NCBI GenBank assembly: GCA_021108075.1
Contig: JAIORP010000096.1
Span: 1-60,910, forward strand
Direction of reading: 5' to 3'
DNA from: Candidatus Omnitrophota bacterium
GTDB taxonomy: Bacteria; Omnitrophota; Gorgyraeia; Zapsychrales; Zapsychraceae
DNA: 60,910 bases
The translations under genes and the position numbers were made by a program. Positions 31,807 through 41,151 of this stretch are shown piece by piece (position 1 is the stretch's first letter; the number at the start of each line of letters is the position of its first letter). The notes beneath the pieces were generated by a model. That model was not told the DNA's origin and did not search any database. It saw only the letters and a program-made list of their open reading frames with translations.

Positions 31807-33195
31807 TTATCGATGATATTCAAAAGGATTGGGATAAGTGATAAGGATTAAGAAGTAGATGTTGAGTGGGTAGAAGTGCAGAAGGAGGCGCGAGAGACCG
31901 GTTAATTTAGATGTTCCAGCAATCCAAATGAAGTTTTCAGTGAAAATGGCGACAAACATGTAAAGGAGAATAAAAGACAGTATGCCCATTAAGCATATGC
32001 ATATTTCTTTTCTTTTAAGTCTCTTCGGATAAAGGACAAATGCGACAGGTAAAAGGAACCAGGATAAGTGCCAGTTTGCCGTGTATAAGAAATCTTCTTT
32101 AAAACTGGAAATAACGTTTTTTAATAAATGAAGATTTGTCAAAGATAAGTTTAACTGTGCTTTCGAGTCTGTTTGGAGAGTTGCCCCGTTGTAATGTTTA
32201 TAAATATGAAAACCCAGTCCGATGATTAAAACAGGGATAATAAAAATAACCAATTGTTTTAATATTTTTTTTGGTTGGTTTGTTTTTTTGATAAAGTATA
32301 TGGCGAGAATGAGGAATAAATAAATAGCGATAAAAGCCGTTCCTTCCAGTTTTACAAAGGTCGCTAAACTGGCGAATAGAGATGCTAAGATTAAATCATG
32401 ATTTTTATCGAAGTGAGCCCATAGAATAAGAAAGATGATAGCTAGACAATTATAATATAACAAAAAGAAATCTCGATAGGATATGGTTGAATGTAATATA
32501 AACAAATTTGATGATAATAAAAGGGCTATTCCCGAAAGAGCGTAAGCGCGATTTGTGAATGTTTTAAGAAAATAATAGGAAATTAGTAAAAAAGACAGTA
32601 AGGCGCACGGGAATATGATCTTTACGAATTGATTATCCCACCTTCCCAGGCAAAAGCATATCCATGATTCAATAAGGGGAGTAAAGAGAGGATAGGTTTT
32701 GTGCGGGAGAAGATCTAATCGGGGGATTTGTTTTTCAAAATAAAACATTTTCGCCTTAAAAGCTACGGTCGCAAAAGCATCCCAAGAAGCGATGGGGATA
32801 TTAAGCGCTCTCCAAAATGAGAAATATAGATTAATAAGGATAAAAATAATAAGTGCTAACTGAAAAATTGATATTCCGGGAATTTTTTTATTCATTTTAT
32901 TCGGCAAAAGACTACGAAGCGGAGATCCTGCGCGGGCCTTGAGTTTTAACGCGATTAGAATTATTAGGTAGATAAGGAGACACGCTGAAAGGATGTTTGA
33001 AAAAGAAAAGGGGACCTGGAGCATATCCAGCACGAACATGAGGACCGAAAGGGCCCCCAACCCTAATCCATAAGCAAGTGAAGCTTCCAAAAAGAATGGA
33101 TATTTTTCATTTTTTAAAATCATTTTTAAAGACAGAAATCCTAAAATCCAGGGGATACTCAGGGCAAAGAAAAGTTTTAAAAGTTCAAAAAGCAT
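31807..33195 (-). CDS. GT-C-like polytopic glycosyltransferase, module 3
   Basis: PIASWDAFATVAFKAK, HKTYP, KLEGT, RLLLHFYP; close paralog of 24728..26143. Confidence 0.7.
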   Translation of the reverse strand: MLFELLKLFFALSIPWILGFLSLKMILKNEKYPFFLEASLAYGLGLGALSVLMFVLDMLQVPFSFSNILSACLLIYLIILIALKLKARAGSPLRSLLPNKMNKKIPGISIFQLALIIFILINLYFSFWRALNIPIASWDAFATVAFKAKMFYFEKQIPRLDLLPHKTYPLFTPLIESWICFCLGRWDNQFVKIIFPCALLSFLLISYYFLKTFTNRAYALSGIALLLSSNLFILHSTISYRDFFLLYYNCLAIIFLILWAHFDKNHDLILASLFASLATFVKLEGTAFIAIYLFLILAIYFIKKTNQPKKILKQLVIFIIPVLIIGLGFHIYKHYNGATLQTDSKAQLNLSLTNLHLLKNVISSFKEDFLYTANWHLSWFLLPVAFVLYPKRLKRKEICICLMGILSFILLYMFVAIFTENFIWIAGTSKLTGLSRLLLHFYPLNIYFLILITYPNPFEYHR

Positions 33196-33958
33196 TTTTA
33201 CCTTTTTTTTGAAGAAGGATGTAGTTGTTGTTTGAGTGCTTTAAAAGCATTTTATAGCCTTCAGGTATGTGGGCTAAGGGATCCTTTTTTTTATATAATA
33301 TAATAATGTCTTTAGGGGCCTGGTTGTCTAATCGTGTGGAAATAGTGGGGTAAAGATAGTAAGTCAAAATGCGGTGTCGGGACATTTCACTCCCGTTTTC
33401 ATTTGAATTGAAATTAACACCCGCGATGATTTCTCCTTGATGATGGCCTTGAAGAAGGCTTTTGCATTCTTGTGGAAAAGAATATAAATCTTGGAACATC
33501 ATTAAGTTTTTTTCCTGCGTGGATTTTCCGCTAAATAGTTTGTGTTCGCGAGCAAAGTAATGAAAGCGGGTTGTTTGCTGAAGAAAAATGAAGATCAATA
33601 AAGAGCTGATTGCCACACCTGTCAGACAATGTTTGAAGGTAAGCCCGGTTTTTAATAATTTTTTTATTAAAGGACATTTAAAAATTAATATAATTATTAT
33701 AAATGTGATAAAGCAGGAATGATGAAAGATGGTTAAATAATTTGTGTTTTTTAATGATAGAGTCCTGCATATATTCGGATGTTGGGAAAAATTTTTTATA
33801 CAAAATAACCGTAATTTTTGGAGGAAAGAGGTCTGGTTCATGTTTGAGTAAGTAAGAAGATATGTCGTTAAGGTAAGTAATAAAATGAATCCGGCACTCC
33901 ATAATAAGATGGAGATGTCTCTGTTATTGTTTTCATTTTTCGCCATTAAATATTTCAA
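33185..33958 (-). CDS. Three-TM partner protein, module 3
   Basis: HRILTYYLYPTISTRLDN; overlaps the GT-C start. Confidence 0.75.
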   Translation of the reverse strand: MKYLMAKNENNNRDISILLWSAGFILLLTLTTYLLTYSNMNQTSFLQKLRLFCIKNFSQHPNICRTLSLKNTNYLTIFHHSCFITFIIIILIFKCPLIKKLLKTGLTFKHCLTGVAISSLLIFIFLQQTTRFHYFAREHKLFSGKSTQEKNLMMFQDLYSFPQECKSLLQGHHQGEIIAGVNFNSNENGSEMSRHRILTYYLYPTISTRLDNQAPKDIIILYKKKDPLAHIPEGYKMLLKHSNNNYILLQKKGKNAF

Positions 33959-34268
33959 TTGTATTTATTTTATAAAAATAGATGAGTGATGCTGATATAG
34001 TTATAAACCAATGAAACAAACATTTCAAATATAAATTTTTTTGATGAAATATATATCAAGACCTATTTGATGATTATTCGACAGTCAAACAGTTTGAATG
34101 GTCATTGGGCCGGGAACGTAAAAGGCATTTGAGATGTTTTTTGAGATACGTTATACTGATGATAATCTTAGAACTTCTAAAAGGGGATAAAAATCACCTG
34201 TGAGTAAAGGCATGTTTCTTGGGGATCGGATGGACAGGGCAAGAAATGATCGACTTCAACGACTGTCC

Positions 34269-34424
34269 TGCTAACAGCTATTATTAGAGTAAGTACGACA
34301 TTCTTCAGGATTTTTATAGTTCCTCAGACGCGAAAAGATAAAAAAAAGAACGATTTACGGAATTATTAACCTGCTATGTCCGGTTTCTACACTAAATCGG
34401 ACAGTCGTATATTAAATGTTAGGA
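34269..34424 (+). other. Degenerate long attC-like (or attI-derived) site opening the cassette array
   Basis: TGCTAAC ... GTTAGGA core sites, partial internal pairing (TACGAC/GTCGTA); GTTAGGA is the exact complement of TCCTAAC at 36171. Confidence 0.55.
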
Positions 34425-34431
34425 GAAAAAA

Positions 34432-36168
34432 ATGAAAACAGGACTTACTTTTGAAGCGAAAGATAAACCGATAAAAGAAGTATTATATGCAAATTACAGG
34501 TTTAGAATTCCTCGATATCAAAGACCCTATGCATGGGAAGAAGACCAAGTGGCAGAATTCTGGAATGATCTTTTGACCACAGAAGAGCCATACTTTTTAG
34601 GCTCTTTAATTTTTAATCACGAGACACTAAAAAAGACAGGCTATATTGACATCATTGATGGGCAACAAAGATTACTCACCATTATAATTTTTTCTGCAGC
34701 ACTAAGAAATGTTGCCCGAAAAATAGACCCTGCATTTTCAGCATTAATTCAAAGAAAAAATATCGTCATTGAAGATTTAGAAGGATCTCAAAATCCAATT
34801 GTCGAACCAGGAGAATCAATAAAAGATTTTTTCGAGAAGTATATTTTTCCAGAAAACTCTTCTATTCAAAAAGCAACTCCAAAAACGAAAGAAGAAAAAA
34901 GGATCTGTGATAACTATAACTTTTTTCACGAAAAGCTAATGCTCGAAACTTCTCGTCACAGCAACAAGCAAGAGAAAGCTGATTGCTTAAAAGCGTTACG
35001 CACAAAAGTACAAGAATTAATTGTTATTCAAATTAAAATCGAAAGTGAAGAAGATGCTTATGAAATTTTCGAAACAACAAATGCAAGAGGCGTAGATCTT
35101 TCGGTTGCTGATCTATTAAAAAACCTAATTTTCAAAAAAATACCAGCAAAACCAGATAAAGATTTTGCTAAAGATGTATGGTATGAAATAACAAGCAATG
35201 TTCAAGCAACAAATTTTGAAGTTAAAAAATTTATTAGATATTATTGGCTTTCAAAATATGCGTTTATTTCGGAAAAGAAATTGTTTAGAGGGATTAAAAA
35301 GGAAATTACCAATTATAATGATTTTATTCAGGACTTGTGGGAGGCATCTGAAGCATTCAACAACCTGCTAGAAGGATCGGAAGAAGACTGGAAAGATTTT
35401 GTTAAGGATGGAGAAAAAGTATATAAATCTGTTTTTGCTATTAGATTAATGAGTGTTTCTCAATGTCATGTCTTTCTGATGAGCCTCTTAAGGAATAAGA
35501 GCAAAATTAAAACAAATCCTAATCGTGTTTTTAAAATCATAGAGAAGTTTACATTTTCATACTCTGCTATTTGCAAGCTTCCCGGCAATGCTGTTGAAAA
35601 AATTTATTCGAAATTTGCTCGCGAATTAGAAACTGTTGTTATGAAATCAAATGAAAAAAAAATTTCAGGTGAAGTTCAGGCAATTTTTGAAAAACTTATT
35701 AAAGAGTTAAAAGATCATGTTCCTTCTTATGAATTGTTCAAAGAAAAATTTTTTGAAGTTGCTTACAAAAATTCTGAAAAAAATCGGTGTTTAATAAAAT
35801 ATATTTTAGAACGCCTGAATGAAGCTCTTTGTGAAACTCAAGAATATGATATTAATTTTAGCAAAGTTAATCTTGAACACATCCTCCCTCAAAAACCCAG
35901 CAAGGATTGGGGTCTAAAAAAAGATAAAATTAAATCCTATGTTAATAAATTAGGAAATTTGACAATTATTGATAAAAAAATAAATTCAAAAGCTCAAAAT
36001 AAACTTGTAAAAGATAAGTTTGAATTTCTAGAAAAATCTGTATTACCAATAAATCAAAAATTAGTAGAAGAACTAAAAAGCAATAACTTTAAGTGGGGCG
36101 AAGAAGAAATAAATAAACGGCAGGATCTACTAGCAAAAATTTCATACGAACAAATTTGGAAAATTTAA
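34432..36168 (+). CDS. DUF262 + DUF1524(HNH) GmrSD-like modification-dependent nuclease (cassette 1)
   Basis: IPRYQRPYAW, IIDGQQRL, FETTNARG, LEHILPQ, LGNLTII...N. Confidence 0.88.
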   Translation: MKTGLTFEAKDKPIKEVLYANYRFRIPRYQRPYAWEEDQVAEFWNDLLTTEEPYFLGSLIFNHETLKKTGYIDIIDGQQRLLTIIIFSAALRNVARKIDPAFSALIQRKNIVIEDLEGSQNPIVEPGESIKDFFEKYIFPENSSIQKATPKTKEEKRICDNYNFFHEKLMLETSRHSNKQEKADCLKALRTKVQELIVIQIKIESEEDAYEIFETTNARGVDLSVADLLKNLIFKKIPAKPDKDFAKDVWYEITSNVQATNFEVKKFIRYYWLSKYAFISEKKLFRGIKKEITNYNDFIQDLWEASEAFNNLLEGSEEDWKDFVKDGEKVYKSVFAIRLMSVSQCHVFLMSLLRNKSKIKTNPNRVFKIIEKFTFSYSAICKLPGNAVEKIYSKFARELETVVMKSNEKKISGEVQAIFEKLIKELKDHVPSYELFKEKFFEVAYKNSEKNRCLIKYILERLNEALCETQEYDINFSKVNLEHILPQKPSKDWGLKKDKIKSYVNKLGNLTIIDKKINSKAQNKLVKDKFEFLEKSVLPINQKLVEELKSNNFKWGEEEINKRQDLLAKISYEQIWKI

Positions 36169-36170
36169 AC

Positions 36171-36251
36171 TCCTAACAAATCGCTTCACGCTGACTGCTA
36201 CCCGCGGTGCTTCGCACAGCGTGCACCAGCAGGTGAGCTCAGTCGTGATGT
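36171..36251 (+). other. attC site 1 (R' core mutated, GTG instead of GTT)
   Basis: TCCTAAC 2 nt after the stop codon; GCTTCAC/GTGAGC pairing; ends GTGATGT. Confidence 0.8.
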
Positions 36252-36403
36252 GAATAAAATTTAAAATCATAAAACTTAAATTAAAAAGGGAATCATGGGA
36301 ATATTTGATTGGCTATTGGGAAGTAAAAAGAAAACTCTGAAGATGGCTTCAGATGCTGTTGATTTTGTTAAGATGGGTTTATTATTTTATCTGTTAATCG
36401 ATA

Positions 36404-37429
36404 ATGGAAAATAAAAAAATGGAACAAAATTCAGAATTAATTTTATACACGGCCCCGGACGGGGCAACAAAACTTCAGGTGCAACTGGAGGATGAAACCG
36501 TCTGGTTGACACAAGAACAGATGGCGATACTTTTTGGTAAAGGCAGAACAACCATAACAGAGCATATAGGAAACATTTTTAAAGAAGGTGAACTAAATGA
36601 AAAAGAGGTGTGTCGGGATTTCCGACATACCACTCAACACGGTGCAATTGAAGGAAAAACACAAGTAAAGCAGGTAAAACATTATAATCTTGATGTCATA
36701 ATATCAGTTGGTTACAGAATAAAATCAAAGCAAGGAACAAAATTTCGCCAATGGGCAACCAAAAGGATCCATGAATACATTGTAAAAGGTTTTACAATGG
36801 ATGATGATCGGCTGAAGCAAGAGGGGGCGAAATTAAGATATTTTGAGGAACTTTTACAAAGAATCCGTGATATACGGAGCAGTGAAAGGAATTTTTACCA
36901 GAAAGTAACCGATATTTACGCGACCAGTATTGATTATCAAAAAGATGACAGATTAACACAAGAGTTTTTTGCAACAGTGCAAAACAAAATACATTATGCG
37001 GTTCATGGTCAAACTGCTGCAGAAATGATAAATGAAAGAACAGACGCCGATAAACCATTTTTGGGACTTACCAATTTTAAAGGCAAGTATATAACCACTC
37101 GTGATATTAGTATTGCCAAAAATTACCTTTCAGAAGAAGAATTAAGGCAACTGAATCTTATTGTGTCAATGTATCTTGATTTTGCCGAACTCCAGGCAAC
37201 AAACGGCAGATTAATGAAAATGCGTGACTGGATACAAAAATTAGATGATTTTTTAAAAATAAGTGAAAAAGAACTTTTAACAAATGCAGGAAAAATCAGC
37301 CACAAGAAAGCCATTGAAAAAGCAAAATTGGAATACGATAAATACAGAAAAGCAGAAGATAAAAAATATATCTCCGATTTTGATTGTGAGGTTAAAAAAT
37401 TAATGAAAAAAGATGATAAAAATCCATAA
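36404..37429 (+). CDS. rhuM: RhuM-family (virulence RhuM/Fic-associated) protein (cassette 2)
   Basis: VWLTQEQMA, YNLDVIISVGYR, FRQWAT, KGFTMDDDRLK, RIRDIRSSE, AKNYL. Confidence 0.88.
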   Translation: MENKKMEQNSELILYTAPDGATKLQVQLEDETVWLTQEQMAILFGKGRTTITEHIGNIFKEGELNEKEVCRDFRHTTQHGAIEGKTQVKQVKHYNLDVIISVGYRIKSKQGTKFRQWATKRIHEYIVKGFTMDDDRLKQEGAKLRYFEELLQRIRDIRSSERNFYQKVTDIYATSIDYQKDDRLTQEFFATVQNKIHYAVHGQTAAEMINERTDADKPFLGLTNFKGKYITTRDISIAKNYLSEEELRQLNLIVSMYLDFAELQATNGRLMKMRDWIQKLDDFLKISEKELLTNAGKISHKKAIEKAKLEYDKYRKAEDKKYISDFDCEVKKLMKKDDKNP

Positions 37430-37505
37430 CAAATCACTGCGCACCGACCAGATTTACCGCCTAAAAAGCGGCGGCAAATCTGGCGGGGGAGCTCAGTCGT
37501 TATGC
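37424..37505 (+). other. attC site 2
   Basis: CCATAAC containing the stop codon ... GTTATGC; internal stem CCAGATTT/AAATCTGG. Confidence 0.88.
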
Positions 37506-37514
37506 TAAAATATA

Positions 37515-38087
37515 ATGAAGAAAATTATACTCACAATAATGGTTATTTTTTTATCAACTTGCTCAATAGCGTTTGGTTCTGGATGGCATGATTATCAAAT
37601 GGAAATAGGTGATGGATATAGCCTTTTTCGCAATAATAGCATGGATGTGGGCATCGGGAAAAAAGATAACAGCATAATTTTATTCCCTATGGATTATGAA
37701 GGTATTGGGCCGGTTACTAGTTACCAAATTTCTGTCGCTTACATTTTGACTAAAAATAAAGGAAGAAAAGATAGGAATTTATTTGAGGGGGATACATCTG
37801 AAGAAATTGATAATAACAAAGATTTCTTCTTTATACTGCAAAAGAAGGATAACGGCGTTTTCGGTCCCTACAAAGAAATAGAATTTGAAAAGGTCGCAAA
37901 AGAAAAAGGAATAGAAATTAAAGAATGGATTATTCCTAAGAATCCAAATTATTGGAGACCTCTTCTTGGGAATTTAATGTTTATTGCCCTCTCTATCCCC
38001 ATATTGATGATAAGATTTTTTTATATAACAATTCCTTTATTATTTTTTATCGGGTGGATTATTTTTAATAAATTAAAAAAAGCATAA
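37515..38087 (+). CDS. Exported hypothetical protein with C-terminal membrane segments (cassette 3)
   Basis: Signal peptide, hydrophobic C-terminus, stop codon inside the attC inverse core site. Confidence 0.8.
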   Translation: MKKIILTIMVIFLSTCSIAFGSGWHDYQMEIGDGYSLFRNNSMDVGIGKKDNSIILFPMDYEGIGPVTSYQISVAYILTKNKGRKDRNLFEGDTSEEIDNNKDFFFILQKKDNGVFGPYKEIEFEKVAKEKGIEIKEWIIPKNPNYWRPLLGNLMFIALSIPILMIRFFYITIPLLFFIGWIIFNKLKKA

Positions 38088-38156
38088 CAAGCCAATAGAG
38101 CGGGTTTTACTCCACAGCTTCGCTGCTCCGTAAAACCGCTCACTTCCGTGTTATGT
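38082..38156 (+). other. attC site 3
   Basis: GCATAAC ... GTTATGT; GAGCGGGTTTTAC/GTAAAACCGCTC stem with one extra base. Confidence 0.9.
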
Positions 38157-38169
38157 TGAAAAATAAAAT

Positions 38170-38544
38170 ATGTTAAACATAAAAGAAGATATTATTTCAA
38201 AAATTAATGATGACACCTTGACAGAACACCGCCATGACAATCTAGGATTAAAATCATCTTGGGATCAAGATTGCGGCAAAAAGATAAGCGCACTAGCTAA
38301 CAAAAACACGAATAAGACTAATTGGTTATGTGTTGGGATTAATGATTACGGACAAATAATCGGAAACAATGAATCTTGGGCAAAAAGTACAGAAAACAAC
38401 ATTTCTCAACATCTCAATCGCTACCTTGACCCATATCAAACATTCAAGACTGTTACCTGTCACGTTTTAAATTCAAAATGGTTTATTATAATTGAATTTA
38501 AGAATCCTGGAGCAGTTGTAGACTGGAACCAGAAAGCCTTCTAA
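38170..38544 (+). pseudogene. Truncated Schlafen/AlbA_2-like domain protein (cassette 4)
   Basis: LGLKSSW...ISALAN...WLCVGINDYGQIIG pattern; ends abruptly and is followed by a damaged attC. Confidence 0.6.
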
Positions 38545-38571
38545 GTATCATCGCGGGTATGTCATTCCTAG

Positions 38572-38641
38572 AGATTTAAGAGCGTTGGCGGCTTTAGGCG
38601 GCACTAAATCTGCCCAGACAATGAGTTCACAGTTGTTATAC
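38572..38641 (+). other. attC site 4, left (R'') part lost
   Basis: AGATTTA/TAAATCT stem remnant; ends GTTATAC, the exact complement of GTATAAC at 39063. Confidence 0.6.
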
Positions 38642-38676
38642 GAAATAATTATAGAAATTAATCAATGGAGGAGAAT

Positions 38677-39057
<381 letters not shown>

Positions 39058-39062
39058 TTTGC

Positions 39063-39132
39063 GTATAACAAGCGCATGCACGCGGATTTCGCCGACGCGC
39101 TGCGGGCCGATGGTGATGCGCCGGCGTTAAAA
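39063..39132 (+). other. attC site 5
   Basis: GTATAAC ... GTTAAAA; GCGCATGCAC/GTGATGCGC pairing with an extrahelical base. Confidence 0.88.
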
Positions 39133-39290
39133 AAATAGATTAATGAATGAAATGCGAAAATGGGAATAATTTGAAAGCGAGGTGAGCAAGTACAATTAAG
39201 GGGTTTAGAGGGATAAAAACAACGAAGAACTTTTTTCGTTTTTAACAAGTTAGAGTCTCTTTTTAATGTTTTAAATGAAATGGAGGTAAA

Positions 39291-40049
39291 ATGATTATGA
39301 AAATGTTTAGACAAATTTTTATTGGTCTTGTTTTAGTGTGCAGTTTTTTTGTCGGGCAAGCGCGGGCATCATTATTTTATGATGATTTTAATTCAGGATT
39401 AGATTTAGATGTATGGGAAAAAGAATATATTGGTTCTTCAACATGGACCTGGCAACCGGATGGTTATATTACAGCAGGAACTCATTGGAATCTCCCTGAT
39501 AGAATGTTAGATATCGTAACAAAAAAGGATGATTTTTCGGACTTCGTTTTCACATGGGAGATGCGAGCAAATAGCGAAGTGTATCATGATGATAGAAGAT
39601 GGGCGCATTTTAGAAGTAACAATGATTTTCCTTATGTCGATGGATATTTTGTGCATACGACTGTACAATATGCGTATACTGGTAAAGATAGCCTCTGGTT
39701 TGGAAAAATGAATCCAGATAATACAATAACTTGGTTAGATGGTGTTGATCTTGGTTTCAATTTTTTTCAGTTGCGGCAATGGTATAATTATAAACTTCTA
39801 GCCGATGGAAATGAGTTTAAAGTAAAGACTTGGAAACAAGGTACGGTTGAACCGGATACGTGGCTTTTAAGTGCTTCAGACCCTGACAATACGTATACAC
39901 AAGGACGAATTGGTTTTGGAAATTACTGGCAGGCTGATACATTTATTGATAACCCAACAGTTGGACTTGTTCCCGAACCGGTATCAATGTTACTTTTTGG
40001 ATCGGGTTTTTCGGTTTTATTTGGCTTTAGGAGAAGGAAAAACGTTTAG
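39291..40049 (+). CDS. PEP-CTERM-sorted surface protein with a beta-sandwich (DUF1080/lectin-like) domain (cassette 6)
   Basis: Signal peptide ARA-S, FYDDFN, GRIGF...FIDN, C-terminal VPEPVSMLLFGSGFSVLFGFRRRK. Confidence 0.85.
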   Translation: MIMKMFRQIFIGLVLVCSFFVGQARASLFYDDFNSGLDLDVWEKEYIGSSTWTWQPDGYITAGTHWNLPDRMLDIVTKKDDFSDFVFTWEMRANSEVYHDDRRWAHFRSNNDFPYVDGYFVHTTVQYAYTGKDSLWFGKMNPDNTITWLDGVDLGFNFFQLRQWYNYKLLADGNEFKVKTWKQGTVEPDTWLLSASDPDNTYTQGRIGFGNYWQADTFIDNPTVGLVPEPVSMLLFGSGFSVLFGFRRRKNV

Positions 40050-40057
40050 AATTTCAT

Positions 40058-40101
40058 CGATAACAGGAACGGCCAACATTTGGTCAGGTGAGCTTAAATG
40101 T
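40058..40101 (+). other. Shortened attC site 6 interrupted at its R' core
   Basis: CGATAAC 8 nt after the stop codon; 3' part CAGGTGAGCT identical to attC1; ends AAATGT at the intron junction. Confidence 0.6.
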
Positions 40102-40390
40102 GTGCGCCGAGCATGCTTTATGACTAATGGGTGGAAGTCCCTGACCATGTAGATAGAGCGGAAGGTTAGCGAAACCCCAAAGGTGCAACCGTGAGGTTGG
40201 GTCCGGAGGAAGGGGTTAGCAAAAGTGCGGGCTGATGGACAAGAACCTGATATGAGGTGTGACGTATTCTGAGACGAGCTGGCACGTGACAGCGAAGTCT
40301 TTTCGATCTATTAAAGATGCGTTTTATTAGTCAGGCAGCTATGTGCGGACAGTAGTAAAGCTTACATCGGGAGGTCTTGCCGGCATGTAC
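40102..40390 (+). mobile_element. Group IIC intron 5' fragment (domain I; no RT ORF, no domains V-VI)
   Basis: GTGCG start, GGGTGGAAGTCCC, GGAGGAAG, GATGGACAAGAACCTGATATGAGG and CTTACATCGGGAGGTCT in the order and spacing of class C introns. Confidence 0.85.
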
Positions 40391-40473
40391 AAAATAAGCG
40401 GCACCGGTATCATCTCAGCAGCCGATGGCCTTTTTTGTTGCTGTTTCTGTCGTTGTATGTCATGCTCAAGTTA

Positions 40474-40592
40474 TACCAAATCCAGTAATGACTTGTTTTA
40501 TTGCAATTTTAATATTCTCGCTATTTGTACAATTATTTATTGGAGTGAATCTCCTCTGAGCTCTTCTCCGAGGAGATTCACCGGAATTGGTA
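40474..40592 (+). mobile_element. Degenerate MITE family 1 carrying a family-3 hairpin in its right TIR
   Basis: TTA-TACCAAATCC ... GGAATTGGTA-TTA; insert GTGAATCTCCTC...GAGGAGATTCAC at 40545-40581. Confidence 0.75.
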
Positions 40593-40614
40593 TTATCACA
40601 CGGAGGATAATGTT

Positions 40615-41085
40615 ATGTCAAAATTAAGCCGGTTTGGTGTCCGGTCAAGGGAAGATAGTCATTTTGAAGAAGTCATTTATGGCCTCGCTCTTGTTTACAA
40701 TATCATGAATAATCATTTGTCAAATTTTTTAAAAGAGTTTCATTTGAGCCCGGGGAAATTTAACATTCTTTTGACGGTCAAACATCAAGGCAAACAAGAG
40801 GGGATAAGCCAGGTCGATATTAGTAAGCATTTGATCGTTACACCTTCAAATATGACAAAATTGATTGATAAATTAGAAAAAGAAGGTTTGGTCTCCCGTT
40901 CCGCGATGGAAAATGACAGACGTGTTAATATTATCAACATCACGCCGGAAGGGTCGAGTTTGTTAGATCAGGTTTGGCCGGGGTATCAATCCCGTCTTAA
41001 GGCCCTGGTTTCCGGGTTAACAGATGAAAAACAAAAGAAACTTGCGGGGTTGCTGCTGGAATGGTTTGAGCACTTGAGCCCTTAA
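40615..41085 (+). CDS. MarR-family transcriptional regulator
   Basis: MTKLIDKLEKEGLVSR...DRR...ITPEG; GGAGG RBS. Confidence 0.9.
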   Translation: MSKLSRFGVRSREDSHFEEVIYGLALVYNIMNNHLSNFLKEFHLSPGKFNILLTVKHQGKQEGISQVDISKHLIVTPSNMTKLIDKLEKEGLVSRSAMENDRRVNIINITPEGSSLLDQVWPGYQSRLKALVSGLTDEKQKKLAGLLLEWFEHLSP

Positions 41086-41151
41086 TAAAATATTTTTATA
41101 GTGCGATCACTAAAATGGACCCTTTGACCTTTATTTGTTTTTGCCTTTTTT

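Noticed and set aside
40343-40627. Cys-rich 94-aa ORF after the intron fragment as a possible intron-encoded protein
   Set aside because: No RT motifs; it spans the intron end, low-complexity DNA and a MITE.
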